A DNA stretch of 64,000 nucleotides, taken from Prevotella sp. GTDB lineage: Bacteria; Bacteroidota; Bacteroidia; Bacteroidales; Bacteroidaceae. The notes below the pieces were generated by a model that saw only the letters and a list, made by a program, of their open reading frames with translations, made no database searches and had not been told where the DNA came from. The position numbers and the translations under genes were made by a program. Shown in pieces: positions 30,739 through 41,743 of the stretch. Each line of letters opens with the position of its first letter. The first letter of the stretch is position 1. The DNA is taken from positions 5,841-69,840 of the forward strand of contig JBJEAW010000103.1 in assembly GCA_051869435.1 (NCBI GenBank), in the 5' to 3' direction.

Positions 30739-33700
30739 TTACAGTTCCTTAAGCAGCTCTATCATCTCCTCCCGGCTCATGCTGGCACTCACATCGCCAC
30801 CCTCAAGCAGGGCATCGGCCATATTCTTCTTCGTCTGGTGGAGGGCGACAATCTTCTCCTCGATGGTATTGGCGGCGATGATGCGATATACTGTCACACG
30901 CTTCCGCTGTCCGATACGGTAGGCACGGTCGCTGGCCTGGTCCTCAATGGCGGGGTTCCACCACGGGTCGAGGTGTATGACATAATCGGCGGCGGTGAGA
31001 TTCAGGCCCAGTCCGCCAGCCTTCAGACTGATGAGGAATAGCGGCATGTCGCCATGCTGGAACTCCTCAACCAGTCGTATGCGCTCCTTGGCGGGAGTTG
31101 CTCCGTCAAGATAGAGATAAGCCATTCCCCTCTCGTCCAATGCCTCACGTATCAAAGCCAGATGGGATGTGAACTGGCTGAAGACCAAGGCGCGGTGATG
31201 GTTTGAGCCGAGATTGTCCGTCAGCTCCATAAAGCTGTTGAGCTTTGACGACTCTATCCGCATCTTCTTCTCCACCAGACGCGCGTTGCAGGCGGCCTGT
31301 CTCAGGCGGGTAATCTCGGACAAAGCCTGCATGGCCGTGGCGTCCTTGTCTTCCATATTGGCCAATGCCCGCTTGCGGAGGTTGTCATAGAAAGCCCACT
31401 CCTCTTCCGAGAGGTTCACTCTAAGAGTAATCTCTGTCTTCTCAGGCAGCTCGCTGAGCACATCATTCTTTGTGCGCCGTAAGATGAAAGGCGTTATAAC
31501 CCTCTTCAGCAGCCGCTGGCGCTCCTTGTTGTGGTCGCGTTCGATGGGGAGGAGGAAGCGGTCGGCAAACTCCTGATAGGTGCCGAGGAGATGAGGATTG
31601 GCAAACTGCATGAGATTCCACAGCTCGCTGACATGGTTCTGCAATGGTGTGCCTGTCAGCAGCAGACGGAAGTCAGCCCGCAGCTCCATCGCCACCCGCG
31701 ACATCTTCGTCTCCTTGTTCTTAATGGTATGGGCCTCGTCGAGTACGACAGTATGCCATGTGCGCGAGCAGAGGGTCTCTTCTTCTGTGATAAGCAGTCC
31801 GTAGGTAGAAACGACCACGTCGAATGCCTTAGCCTCCTCAACCACGCGTTTGCGGTCATCGCCGGCACGGTTTAGCAGGAGGACATTGAGGCTGGGGGCG
31901 AAGCGTTCCACCTCTTCCTTCCAGTTGAGTATGAGCGAGGTAGGCACTATGACAAGCTGTGCGCCCCCTTGGGCGCGGCTCAGCAGCAGTGTGATGGCCT
32001 GCACTGTCTTTCCCAGTCCCATATCGTCGGCCAACAATGCGCCAGCTCCCCACATCGCCAGACGCGACATCCATACATATCCTTCTTTCTGATAGCTGCG
32101 CAGGTCAGCCTGTATATTCTTCGGAATCCTGATATCGGCCTCCTGCGACTCCTTTATGCGGTTGACAAGAGTGGTGAAGCCATTGTCGGCCTCAACGTCC
32201 ATTCCGCTGTCTGCCAGTCCCTCCAGTTGCTGGGCGTTGAACGTTGAGAGGCGCATCGTGTCACGATGGCGTGAGGCAAGACGGCCAATGCTCTCGATAT
32301 GGCGGCGCAGCTCGTTGCTTATCCTGACATACTCCTTGTCGTCAACTCGTATGAAACTGCCCTTGGCATCAGCAAGACGATCCATGAGGTCGGCTATCTT
32401 CAGGCGTATCTTCTTGCTGACGGCCACCTCGCCTGTCAGCTCAAACCAGCTGGCCACACTGTTAATTGAGATGTGGAATGATGATGGCTGCAACGGGGCG
32501 TGACTAACCTTGAGACGCTCGCCCTCAGGCCACTCCATCACACAGCTCTCGCCCATATCCCTCAACCTCTCAATCAGTTCCAGACACTCCCCTGCCCTTA
32601 ACATCCAGGCGTTGTCCTGATAGCTGTCCTCTTCATAGTCAACCATCAGTGCCTTTACCGCATCACAGTTCTCTTTCTCTTTCTTCAGATTGCGCCTGGT
32701 CTGCACCTGTTTCCCGTCTATGACTGTGGTAATAACCTGCATCCCCTTGCCAGGCTTGCATACGGGAGGGACTTTGCCGAAGGGTCTCACCATGACTGAG
32801 CACCGTATGGTGTCGCCCACGGGCTGTAGCTGCACCACTGTCTCAGAGTGGGATGTCGTCGTGGCGATGCTGTCGCTGTTTTTCAGCAGGTCGCTCATTA
32901 CTATCATCGGGCCGCTAAGAGCCTCAAGCAGAGAGGTAAGCTTTTCTTTTGACTCTTTAGGCATACGTGTCTGCCTGAGCACCCGGACAATCTGCCTGAG
33001 ATTATTGTCCATCTTCACAACCTTTATGCTATGGCCTCTCTGGTGTGAGACCCAGTAGTTGCCGCCATAGTCACTGCCATCAACGTCTATCTGTATGTTG
33101 TATGTGTCGCCATTGAGGCTAACACCAAGCTGCGGCTTGCCCATCACTACCTCAAGATGGCGGTTGGTTTCCGCGTCAAAGACTAAGGGATGGCCCACAA
33201 GCGCGGCGATGGCCTCGCCACCCTCCAGCTCATAGGATGTCGTGCCATACCATCCATAGGAGTAACATGTGACACAGGCCGCCACAGCCTTGTCCTCAGG
33301 CTTCATGCCCTCAGTCTTGCCTTTCGAGAAGTTCTCAAGCGACACATTGCGCCCTGCTGTCCAGTTGATGCCATCCTTGCTCTTCTGCACCACAGGCGTT
33401 ATGGTGTTGCTATGCGTGTTGACTTTATATATGATGCGCGACTGGCTCGTTTTTCTTACGGCAGAGCCTGCTGCCTGTCCCGTAGCCTTATGGCAGAGTC
33501 CCATCAGCTCGTCGAGCCTGATGTCCCATTCTGGTCTCTCTTTGTATGGCGGCAGTGTGGGGTGCATCCCTGTGCGTCGTCTCAATTCGTCTTTCTCTCC
33601 CTCCAGCCCAGGCAACACGTCTGACAGCTCCATCTTCAGCAGGGCGGAGGGGAATCCCATCACTCTTCCCATCCACTCCGTACGGTATCTCGCTGTGTCA

Positions 33701-34758
33701 AGATTATAATGCTCCAGCGCCAGCAGCGTGAGGGCAGAAGCTACAGGACGGCAACTGTCGCTATAGGCTCGCGAGACAGATATGGATCCCTTGTCACCCT
33801 TAGCTATCCTTAGGATAACATCTACGGCAGGCATACCAGAATAAGCCAAATCTTCTGATTTAAGCAGTGCCCCGATCTTGGTCTTGGACGTTTCCTGCCC
33901 ACAGTAAGCCATAGAGACGGCATAATAGAAATCGAAGATGTCAATATGGAAGAGTTTCCTTCCTGTCCCTCTCAGAGCTGAGACAAACAATTTGAATGCC
34001 TTGGCATAGTCGCCCTGCTGAAGGAGGGTGACTGCTTCATAACACTGCCCGAGGCGTGTGTCTCCCCCGGCCATGCGTGCCCCCTCTGTGATGTTCCCCT
34101 TACGAATAAACTCGTCATATATGCCTATGAGGTTTTTCATCTTGACTCTTTTCTCTGCCTCAACAGAGGGATTGTCTATGATAACTTCTTGCACGGCCTG
34201 GAGAGTAGTGTCTGTGAACAGGAGCGACTCAAGGTCACCTGAATATTTCTCTATAAGCTGCTCTGCCCATGTCTTGCTATAGGCAAGATGCTTCAGGATA
34301 GGGAATATCGCGCTCTCATCCCTTAAATCAAGCAACACCCTGTTACAGAAAGCGTCACTGAAAGAATAAGAAGACTGGTTAATCACAGGGGGCAACAGAG
34401 GCTCGTAAGGCTGGTTGTTGAAATACGCATTGACAGCCTGCGAGCAGGCAAGGTGCACCCTGTGCCGGCTTGAGATGTTGACAACTTGTTTGGCTCTCAG
34501 GCTCTTGTAAGTCTTCACGTCCATGTTCTTCATAATCTCCAGCCACACCTTGGGCACTAACGAATAAGATGGTACAGTCGGATGTTCGTCGCTGATGACT
34601 ATCTCCTCTTGTAGAAACGGGGTTAGAAAGGGGCCAGCGCTTTTCATCTTAATGCCTAAAGCCCTGGCACAGCTCAGTATCTCGCCTTTAGACAGTTTGG
34701 TACAACAGACTGCCCACAGCTGGAGCACGGGATTGCAGACATATTCATTTCGTTCCAT
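30739..34758 (-). CDS. SNF2/SWI2-family ATPase with a large uncharacterised N-terminal region
   Basis: LADDMGLGKT, LDEAH, LTGTP, FSQF, SLKAGGLGLNL, DPWWNPA, QASDRAYRIGQ in the C-terminal third. Confidence 0.93.
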   Translation of the reverse strand: MERNEYVCNPVLQLWAVCCTKLSKGEILSCARALGIKMKSAGPFLTPFLQEEIVISDEHPTVPSYSLVPKVWLEIMKNMDVKTYKSLRAKQVVNISSRHRVHLACSQAVNAYFNNQPYEPLLPPVINQSSYSFSDAFCNRVLLDLRDESAIFPILKHLAYSKTWAEQLIEKYSGDLESLLFTDTTLQAVQEVIIDNPSVEAEKRVKMKNLIGIYDEFIRKGNITEGARMAGGDTRLGQCYEAVTLLQQGDYAKAFKLFVSALRGTGRKLFHIDIFDFYYAVSMAYCGQETSKTKIGALLKSEDLAYSGMPAVDVILRIAKGDKGSISVSRAYSDSCRPVASALTLLALEHYNLDTARYRTEWMGRVMGFPSALLKMELSDVLPGLEGEKDELRRRTGMHPTLPPYKERPEWDIRLDELMGLCHKATGQAAGSAVRKTSQSRIIYKVNTHSNTITPVVQKSKDGINWTAGRNVSLENFSKGKTEGMKPEDKAVAACVTCYSYGWYGTTSYELEGGEAIAALVGHPLVFDAETNRHLEVVMGKPQLGVSLNGDTYNIQIDVDGSDYGGNYWVSHQRGHSIKVVKMDNNLRQIVRVLRQTRMPKESKEKLTSLLEALSGPMIVMSDLLKNSDSIATTTSHSETVVQLQPVGDTIRCSVMVRPFGKVPPVCKPGKGMQVITTVIDGKQVQTRRNLKKEKENCDAVKALMVDYEEDSYQDNAWMLRAGECLELIERLRDMGESCVMEWPEGERLKVSHAPLQPSSFHISINSVASWFELTGEVAVSKKIRLKIADLMDRLADAKGSFIRVDDKEYVRISNELRRHIESIGRLASRHRDTMRLSTFNAQQLEGLADSGMDVEADNGFTTLVNRIKESQEADIRIPKNIQADLRSYQKEGYVWMSRLAMWGAGALLADDMGLGKTVQAITLLLSRAQGGAQLVIVPTSLILNWKEEVERFAPSLNVLLLNRAGDDRKRVVEEAKAFDVVVSTYGLLITEEETLCSRTWHTVVLDEAHTIKNKETKMSRVAMELRADFRLLLTGTPLQNHVSELWNLMQFANPHLLGTYQEFADRFLLPIERDHNKERQRLLKRVITPFILRRTKNDVLSELPEKTEITLRVNLSEEEWAFYDNLRKRALANMEDKDATAMQALSEITRLRQAACNARLVEKKMRIESSKLNSFMELTDNLGSNHHRALVFSQFTSHLALIREALDERGMAYLYLDGATPAKERIRLVEEFQHGDMPLFLISLKAGGLGLNLTAADYVIHLDPWWNPAIEDQASDRAYRIGQRKRVTVYRIIAANTIEEKIVALHQTKKNMADALLEGGDVSASMSREEMIELLKEL

Positions 34759-35167
34759 AATCGGGGATATGCTAAGTCAAATGGATATTATTATGGTATA
34801 TTCTATAAATCAGTTATTTCAAGGATGTCACATACAGCTATACGTCACACGCAAGCGCGACACTTTTGCAAAATTATGCATATTTCTCCATATTCCCAAA
34901 CCTATTTCCTATTATTTCGCCCTGTATAGGAGGAATAATTCCAATATCTGGCAAAGGAAATCACAAACAGCGAAATCCGCCATGTCAACTGTCTTTACAG
35001 CTGGCATGACGGGTTTTGTATATCCCACAAAAGGTAATGACGGGGAGGCAGGATTATTCTGGCGGCCGACGCATGATGCTGGCGACGGGAGAAGAAAAGC
35101 CTCCTTCTGTGTGCCTCGTGTGGTAATGGATGGCCTTACCGTTTGTGGATAGCGGGCCGTGAGGCGG

Positions 35168-36922
35168 TTACTTGCGATAATCGTCAAGGTCGGCAGGTGT
35201 GGCGCTCATGACGAAGTCATAGTGGCGCTCTACCTCTGAGGCTACGTAGCGTGTATATACGCGTGCCGACTTAGCGAAGAGCTCAGGAGCCTTTGTGGCG
35301 TCGCCGATGAGGAGGAGAGCCATGATGCAATCGGCTGCCATCTCATAGAGGTGGCGTATGCAGAGGTCCTTGAACTCGTCGTTCTTCTGCTCGTTGACGT
35401 ATGCCACAGCCTCGTTATACTTCTCGGCCATCTTCACGACACGCTCCTTGAGAGGCAGGAACTCCGCGCCACACCAGTCTTCCCGGCCTACGCTTGCCGG
35501 AGCCTCGCCGGTCTGTATCATGTCGTTGATGACCTGGCTGTAGAATCCGTTGGTTATGTAGCGTCCGGCAGCGACGGTCTGGAGCTGTGTGGTGCCCTCG
35601 TAGATGGTGAGGATGCGGGCGTCGCGGTAGAGGCGCTGGCAAGCGTACTCGAGCATGAAGCCTGAGCCGCCATGAACCTGTATGCCGTCGTACGTGTTCT
35701 GGTTGGCATACTCAGATGTCATACCCTTTGCGAGCGGGGTGAAGGCGTCGGCAAGCTTTGAATATACCTTACACTCCTGACGCTCCTCGGCTGTCAGCTT
35801 GCCACCCTCGAGCTTGCGCTCGCGCTCTATATCCTCGATAATCTTATAGACATCGACATAGCGGCTTGTGGCATAGAGCAGGGAGCGGCCAGCGTCGAGC
35901 TTGGCCTTCATTGTGGCGAGCATGTCATAAACGGCAGGGAAGTTGATGATGGCCTTGCCGAACTGCTTGCGGTCCTTGGCGTATGCGAGAGCCTCGTTGT
36001 ATGCCATCTGGCTGACACCCGTTGACTGGCCCGCAATGCCGAGACGCGCGCCGTTCATGAGGCCCATGACATACTTTATGAGGCCCATCTTACGGCTTCC
36101 GCAAAGCTCGGCCTTAGCGTTCTTATAGACGAGCTCGCATGTCGGAGAGCCGTGTATGCCAAGCTTGTTCTCTATGCGGCGCACATCGACACCGCCCTGA
36201 CGCTTGTCGTAGATGAACATTGAGAGGCCGCGGCCGTCGCGCGTGCCTTCCTCTGAGCGCGCGAGGACAAGGTGTATGTCGCTGTCGCCGTTGGTGATGA
36301 ATCGCTTGCAGCCGTTCAGCCGCCAGCAGTCTTCCTTCTCGTCGTATGTGGCCTTGAGCATGACTGACTGGAGGTCAGAGCCGGCATCAGGCTCTGTGAG
36401 GTCCATAGACATGGTCTCGCCCTCACAGACGCGTGGCACATAACGCTGGCGCTGGTCCTCATCGCCGAACTCATAGAGCGTCTCGATGCAGTCCTGGAGC
36501 GACCATATATTCTCGAAGCCTGTGTCGCCGGCGGCCACCATCTCGTTGATGGCTGAATAGACGGCCATCGGGAAGTTAAGGCCACCATAGCGGCGTGGCA
36601 TGGTGACACCGTTCAGACCGGCCTTGATGACAGCGTCAAGGTTCTCGTAAGTCTTTGACGCATATATCATACGGCCGTTCTCACAGCGTGGACCCTCGGC
36701 GTCAACCTCCTCGGCATTAGGGGCGATGATATTGGCTGTGACATCGCCGGCGAGCTCAAGGACACGCTTGTATGAGTCCATCGCGTCGGCAAAGTCGGCC
36801 GGAGCGTAGTCATACTTGCCTGCATCGGCAAAGTTGCGCTCCTTCAGTTCTACTATATGCTTTATGAGAGGGTGGTTAAGATAAAACCCTATCTCTGGAT
36901 TGTCTGTATAGAAATTAGGCAT
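35168..36922 (-). CDS. Acyl-CoA dehydrogenase
   Basis: MDLTEPDAGSD, KRFITNG, KLGIHGSPT, RKQFG, QVHGGSG, IYEGTTQLQ; start MPNFYTDN. Confidence 0.93.
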   Translation of the reverse strand: MPNFYTDNPEIGFYLNHPLIKHIVELKERNFADAGKYDYAPADFADAMDSYKRVLELAGDVTANIIAPNAEEVDAEGPRCENGRMIYASKTYENLDAVIKAGLNGVTMPRRYGGLNFPMAVYSAINEMVAAGDTGFENIWSLQDCIETLYEFGDEDQRQRYVPRVCEGETMSMDLTEPDAGSDLQSVMLKATYDEKEDCWRLNGCKRFITNGDSDIHLVLARSEEGTRDGRGLSMFIYDKRQGGVDVRRIENKLGIHGSPTCELVYKNAKAELCGSRKMGLIKYVMGLMNGARLGIAGQSTGVSQMAYNEALAYAKDRKQFGKAIINFPAVYDMLATMKAKLDAGRSLLYATSRYVDVYKIIEDIERERKLEGGKLTAEERQECKVYSKLADAFTPLAKGMTSEYANQNTYDGIQVHGGSGFMLEYACQRLYRDARILTIYEGTTQLQTVAAGRYITNGFYSQVINDMIQTGEAPASVGREDWCGAEFLPLKERVVKMAEKYNEAVAYVNEQKNDEFKDLCIRHLYEMAADCIMALLLIGDATKAPELFAKSARVYTRYVASEVERHYDFVMSATPADLDDYRK

Positions 36923-37046
36923 CTTCTGTAGATTTTTATTATTGTCGGGCGGGGGATGTATAGGCATCGCTGGCTTCATGTGGCCACCATTGGGCCTTCA
37001 ACCACCCCGCCTTTAAATATGTTCTGGTTATAGGAGTAAGCGGATG

Positions 37047-38087
37047 TTACTTCGTGTGCTGCTTGTAATACTTTATAAGCTTTGGCACCACATCCTCTAC
37101 AGTGCCGTTTATGACATAGTCGGCGATGGTGTTGATAGGAGCGTCAGGGTCATTGTTGATAGAGATGATGATGCCTGAGTCCTGCATTCCGGCTATATGC
37201 TGTATCTGGCCTGATATGCCACACGCGATATATACCTTAGGGCGCACGGTGACACCTGTCTGGCCTATCTGGCGGTCATGGTCAATCCATCCGGCATCGA
37301 CAGCGGCACGGCTGGCGCCAACCTCGGCATGTAGCACCTCGGCAAGCTTGAAGAGCTGGTCGAAACCCTCCCTTGAGCCTACGCCATAGCCTCCGGCGAC
37401 AACAATCGGCGCGCCCTTGAGGTTATGCTTCGCCTTCTGGACATGACGGTCGAGCACCTTCACCACATACTCTGTCTCTGGCACATACTTGGCCACGTCG
37501 TGGCGTATGACATCAGCCTTATAGTTCTCGTCGAGTATCTCTTTCTTCATGACACCCTCACGCACGGTGGCCATCTGCGGACGATGCTCGGGGTTGACGA
37601 TGGTCGCCACGATGTTTCCGCCGAAAGCGGGGCGTATCTGGTAGAGCTGCTGCTCATAGTGCTTGTTGACCAACTCGCCGGCCTCATTCTTCACCTTCAT
37701 GTCAAAATCGCCTATCTCAAGCTCTGTACAGTCGGCCGTCAGACCGCTGAAGAGGGCCGAGGAGACACGTGGGCCGAGGTCGCGGCCTATCACCGTGGCA
37801 CCCATGAGGCATATCTGTGGCTGCTCTTCCTTGAAGAGATTGACGACAAGGGCCGTATGGGGATTGGAGGTGTATGGGAAAAGTCCCTCCGCATCGAAGA
37901 TGTGGACACGGTCAACACCATATTTAATGACTTGCTGCTCTACACCCTCAAGGCCTGAGCCGGCTATGATACATTCTAATTGCACGCCAAGGGTATTGGC
38001 GAGCTTGCGTCCTTTGGTAAGGAGCTCGAGGGCCACATCCTTCACCTGCGTGCCCTCTATTTCGCAATATACGAATACGTTGTTCAT
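37047..38087 (-). CDS. etfA: Electron transfer flavoprotein alpha subunit
   Basis: GLTADCT, RPAFGG, GASRAAVDAGW, QIGQTG, GISGQIQH; start ATG 38087. Confidence 0.95.
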   Translation of the reverse strand: MNNVFVYCEIEGTQVKDVALELLTKGRKLANTLGVQLECIIAGSGLEGVEQQVIKYGVDRVHIFDAEGLFPYTSNPHTALVVNLFKEEQPQICLMGATVIGRDLGPRVSSALFSGLTADCTELEIGDFDMKVKNEAGELVNKHYEQQLYQIRPAFGGNIVATIVNPEHRPQMATVREGVMKKEILDENYKADVIRHDVAKYVPETEYVVKVLDRHVQKAKHNLKGAPIVVAGGYGVGSREGFDQLFKLAEVLHAEVGASRAAVDAGWIDHDRQIGQTGVTVRPKVYIACGISGQIQHIAGMQDSGIIISINNDPDAPINTIADYVINGTVEDVVPKLIKYYKQHTK

Positions 38088-38197
38088 TTGATATTCTGTC
38101 TCATACTGTAGCGCGACGCCTCGTGTGCGGGCGCGGGCGCTGACACCCTGCTGTGCCACGCTGTGGGAGAATGGCACTTGGGGATTGTGATGAATGA

Positions 38198-39079
38198 TTA
38201 TCCTATTATCTTCTCGTTGAGGAGCTCCTGCACGAGGCTGTCGATATCCTCGTCAGCACCTGTCATGGAGCGTGACTCCTTAGCCTTGAACACGATGTTC
38301 TTGACGGCCTTGACATTGGTAGGAGAGCCGGCCTTGCCTATCTGCTTAGGGTCGCAGTCGATATCGGCAGCACCCCACTGGGTGATGTCAAGATATGGCT
38401 TCTCGGCGAGGAGCGTCTCAAGCGCCCCGGCGTTCTCTGGTGTGCGCTCTGCCTTGACAGTGGCACGCTTGTACTTCATCACACGCTTCGCATTGCGGGG
38501 ACGGCATAGGGCGGCAGAGCCGTTGACCGTGACAACAAGAGGCAGCGGAGCCTCGACAGTCTCCACACCACCGTCGATATGACGCTTGACGATGATCTTC
38601 TTCTGCTCAGGGTCGAGAGAGAGTATCTCCTCAGCATATGTCACCTGGGTAAGGCCGAGCTTCTCTGCTATCTGCGGACCCACCTGTGCCGTGTCGCCAT
38701 CAATAGCCTGACGGCCACCGAGAATGATATCAAAATCGCCTATCTTGCGTATTGCCTGTGAGAGGGTGTAGCTCGTGGCGAGAGTGTCTGCACCACCGAG
38801 AGGACGGTCTGTGACAACGTAACCGTAGTCTGCTCCGCGGTAAAGGGCCTCACGGATCACTTCTGCAGACTTTGGCAGACCCATCGTAACGACAGAGATT
38901 GTCGAGCCGGGGAATTTATCTTTCAGTATCAAAGCCTGCTCCAATGCGTTGAGGTCTTCAGGGTTGAAGACAGCAGGGAGAGCGGCACGGTTGACCGTAC
39001 CCTCCGGAGTCATGGCATCAGGACCCACATTGCGGGTATCAGGTACTTGCTTTGCAAGCACTACAATCTTTAGACTCAT
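38198..39079 (-). CDS. etfB: Electron transfer flavoprotein beta subunit
   Basis: KQVPD, NPEDLNALE, ADTLATS, GRQAIDGDTAQVG, GSPT. Confidence 0.95.
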   Translation of the reverse strand: MSLKIVVLAKQVPDTRNVGPDAMTPEGTVNRAALPAVFNPEDLNALEQALILKDKFPGSTISVVTMGLPKSAEVIREALYRGADYGYVVTDRPLGGADTLATSYTLSQAIRKIGDFDIILGGRQAIDGDTAQVGPQIAEKLGLTQVTYAEEILSLDPEQKKIIVKRHIDGGVETVEAPLPLVVTVNGSAALCRPRNAKRVMKYKRATVKAERTPENAGALETLLAEKPYLDITQWGAADIDCDPKQIGKAGSPTNVKAVKNIVFKAKESRSMTGADEDIDSLVQELLNEKIIG

Positions 39080-39206
39080 GTTATTATGTATATTGTATAG
39101 TTATGGTTTCTATATCATAATGAAAGAGTGGGAGGAGCGGCGATGGCTCCAAGAAAGAAGGGAGTGAGAGGCAGAGCGGCTCTCGTCCATATAGCTATAT
39201 TGGGTA

Positions 39207-39238
39207 CAAAAGTACTAATAATTTTCCGAAGTGGCAAA
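39207..39238 (-). promoter_or_regulatory. Promoter of the etfB-etfA-acyl-CoA dehydrogenase operon
   Basis: Minus strand TTTG - 20 nt - TACTTTTG. Confidence 0.7.
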
Positions 39239-39590
39239 TAATCATCCCGAAAAATGCACACTTGGCGATATTATGTGCACAAAAAACCACTAATCCTATG
39301 CCTTTCAGATAGATACATGGCTTATAATGCGACAATATGCGAGGCGGGGGACATTGTCATGCACATGCCGATATTTTCTCGCCATAAGAAGCGCATCAAA
39401 AACCACCGAGAGGCAGCACAGGCACCACGGAGAGGAGGCAGAGGGCGAAACAGGGACATGGAAAGGGACCTGGCAGGAGGACTGTCCGGCATCAGAGGCA
39501 TTAGCGGGCGGGAGGGGCTTGCGGCCCATCTATAGCCGGTGATCGCCTCATACATACATGATAACGAAACCGCAGACACAACATAACACC

Positions 39591-39676
39591 GTAAAGACTA
39601 CGAGAAAACAACGTAATTACTCAGTCTTTACAACGTAGTCACCAAGTCTTTACAGTATAATTACTGAGTCTTTACA
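39591..39676. repeat. Three tandem 22-bp repeats plus one inverted partial core
   Basis: ACGTAATTACTCAGTCTTTACA, ACGTAGTCACCAAGTCTTTACA, GTATAATTACTGAGTCTTTACA (39611-39676); inverted GTAAAGACT at 39591. Confidence 0.85.
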
Positions 39677-40053
39677 GCATTACAAAACACCTTTAGCCAT
39701 ATCAGGCTGTAAGAACAGCGTTACAGGAAGGTGCCCACAGACAGTTTGAGAGATGGACGGAGAAGTGTCACCACATGGGGCATGAGGACATATCAATACG
39801 AGGACGGGGAGAAAAGGGCAGCGAGACGGCGAGGCAAGACAGGAATGGCATGAGACCATGCAGCATGACAGCCCTACCCTCAGCCTTCGCCGTTTCTGGC
39901 GAAGGCCACCAGCAGCACACGCAGCCCCGCCGCCACCATAAACGCAAAGCGGAGAGACCGCCATGTCCATATCCATGGCAGCCTCTCCGCTTCAATTACA
40001 TGTGGGGCGTGTGGGCTAATATGCTGTCAAACAAGCTTGCGCACGACAGCGTC

Positions 40054-41667
40054 TCACGACAGCCCCTCTATCTCTCCATTCACGATGTCTATGCGCTCGG
40101 CCTGTGGCGATTTGGGCAGCCCCGGCATACGGAGTATAGCCCCGGCGACAGCGACAATCATCTCTGCACCGGCATTGATGACAATATTACGTATATGGAC
40201 AGTATGGCCTGACGGCGCCCCTGTGGCCTTCGCGTCGGTAGAGAACGAATACTGTGTCTTAGCTATGCAGACAGGAAGGCGGCTCATGCCCATAGCGTCA
40301 ATAGCGGCTATGGTCTCTTCCGCCTCATCGCTGTATGTCACGCCTGCTGCGCCATAGAGCCCCCGGCATATCTTCTCTATCTTGTCCTTCACGCTGTCAG
40401 TGTCGTCGTATGCATACTTGACAGGCGACGGGGCAGCCGCCTCTGCCACCTCAACTACCGTACGGGCAAAATCCACAGCGCCCTCGCCGCCCTCTGAGAA
40501 AGAGCGGTTGACAGAGAAAGCGACACCATACGACTCGACATGACGGCGGATATCAGCTATTGTCTCCTCCGTGTCATGGGGGAACCGATTGAGGCATACG
40601 ACAACCCTCTGGCCGAAAGCATGGAGATTGGAGAGATGGCGCTCCACATTCTCCCAGCCATGGATGGCGAGCGCGGCAGAGGTGATGATAAGGACTGTGG
40701 CGGCAGGAGATATACCGGCCTTGCGACATTTGATGTCAAGGAACTTCTCCGCGCCGAGGTCTGCACCGAAGCCTGCCTCCGTGATGGCATATTCGCCATA
40801 GGTCATGGCCATCTTCGTGGCAAGGATAGAGTTACACCCATGGGCGATGTTCGCAAAGGGGCCGCCATGGACGAAGGCGGCGGTGCGCTCGGTGGTCTGG
40901 ACAAGATTGGGGTGGATGGCATCCATGAGGAGCACCGTTATGGCACCGGCAACGCCAAGGTCTTTGACCGTGAACGGTGTGTCGTCGTCCTTAATGCCGA
41001 GCAGGATGTTCTCTATACGATGGCGGAGGTCGTCGAGCGATGTTGAGAGGCAGAGGATGGCCATAATCTCTGAAGCGGGAGTGATGTCAAAGCCCGACTG
41101 GAGTGTGACACCATCCTTTGGGCCGCCCTGACCTGTGGTGATAAAGCGCAGGTTGCGGTCGTTGACATCAAGGACACGTTTCCAGAGTATGCGCTTCAGA
41201 TGGAAGCCCTCATCCTGATGCTGGTAGATATAATTGTCGAGGAGGGCGGTTATCATGTTATGCGCCGATGTGATGGCATGGAAATCGCCAGTGAAGTGGA
41301 GATTTATCTTCTCCATGGGCAACACCTGGGCATAACCACCACCGGCAGCGCCGCCTTTCATGCCGAAACATGGGCCGAGAGAGGGCTCACGGAGGGCAAG
41401 GACGGCACGACGGCCTATCTTTGCCATACCAAGGGCGAGGCCGATGGAGACGGTTGTCTTGCCGTTGCCGCTCTTGGTTGGTGTCATGGCCGTGACGAGG
41501 ATAAGCTTGGAATGCGCGACACGGTCGCCGTCAATAAGCGTCTCTGGGACTTTGGCCATATAACGGCCATAATGCTCTAACTTGTCATTAGCGATGCCGA
41601 TGCCTGCCGCTATATCTTGAATTGGGGCAAGCACCGTCTCGCGGGCTATTTCGATATCTGTCTTCAT
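40054..41667 (-). CDS. fhs: Formate--tetrahydrofolate ligase
   Basis: [69 protein letters not shown]. Confidence 0.95.
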   Translation of the reverse strand: MKTDIEIARETVLAPIQDIAAGIGIANDKLEHYGRYMAKVPETLIDGDRVAHSKLILVTAMTPTKSGNGKTTVSIGLALGMAKIGRRAVLALREPSLGPCFGMKGGAAGGGYAQVLPMEKINLHFTGDFHAITSAHNMITALLDNYIYQHQDEGFHLKRILWKRVLDVNDRNLRFITTGQGGPKDGVTLQSGFDITPASEIMAILCLSTSLDDLRHRIENILLGIKDDDTPFTVKDLGVAGAITVLLMDAIHPNLVQTTERTAAFVHGGPFANIAHGCNSILATKMAMTYGEYAITEAGFGADLGAEKFLDIKCRKAGISPAATVLIITSAALAIHGWENVERHLSNLHAFGQRVVVCLNRFPHDTEETIADIRRHVESYGVAFSVNRSFSEGGEGAVDFARTVVEVAEAAAPSPVKYAYDDTDSVKDKIEKICRGLYGAAGVTYSDEAEETIAAIDAMGMSRLPVCIAKTQYSFSTDAKATGAPSGHTVHIRNIVINAGAEMIVAVAGAILRMPGLPKSPQAERIDIVNGEIEGLS

Positions 41668-41743
41668 ATTTATTTGTGTTGTTGTTTTAGTGTTATCCAG
41701 AATAAAGAAAGCGTGTGTTATCCAACAAATAATTCTATGACTG

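Noticed and set aside
38105-38145. GTAG-initiated GC-rich palindrome between etfB and etfA resembling a REP
   Set aside because: Pairing is poor and I saw no second copy in the window.
39611-39676. Possible mini-CRISPR array
   Set aside because: The 10-nt constant core and 12-nt related spacers are far too short, and there are no cas genes.
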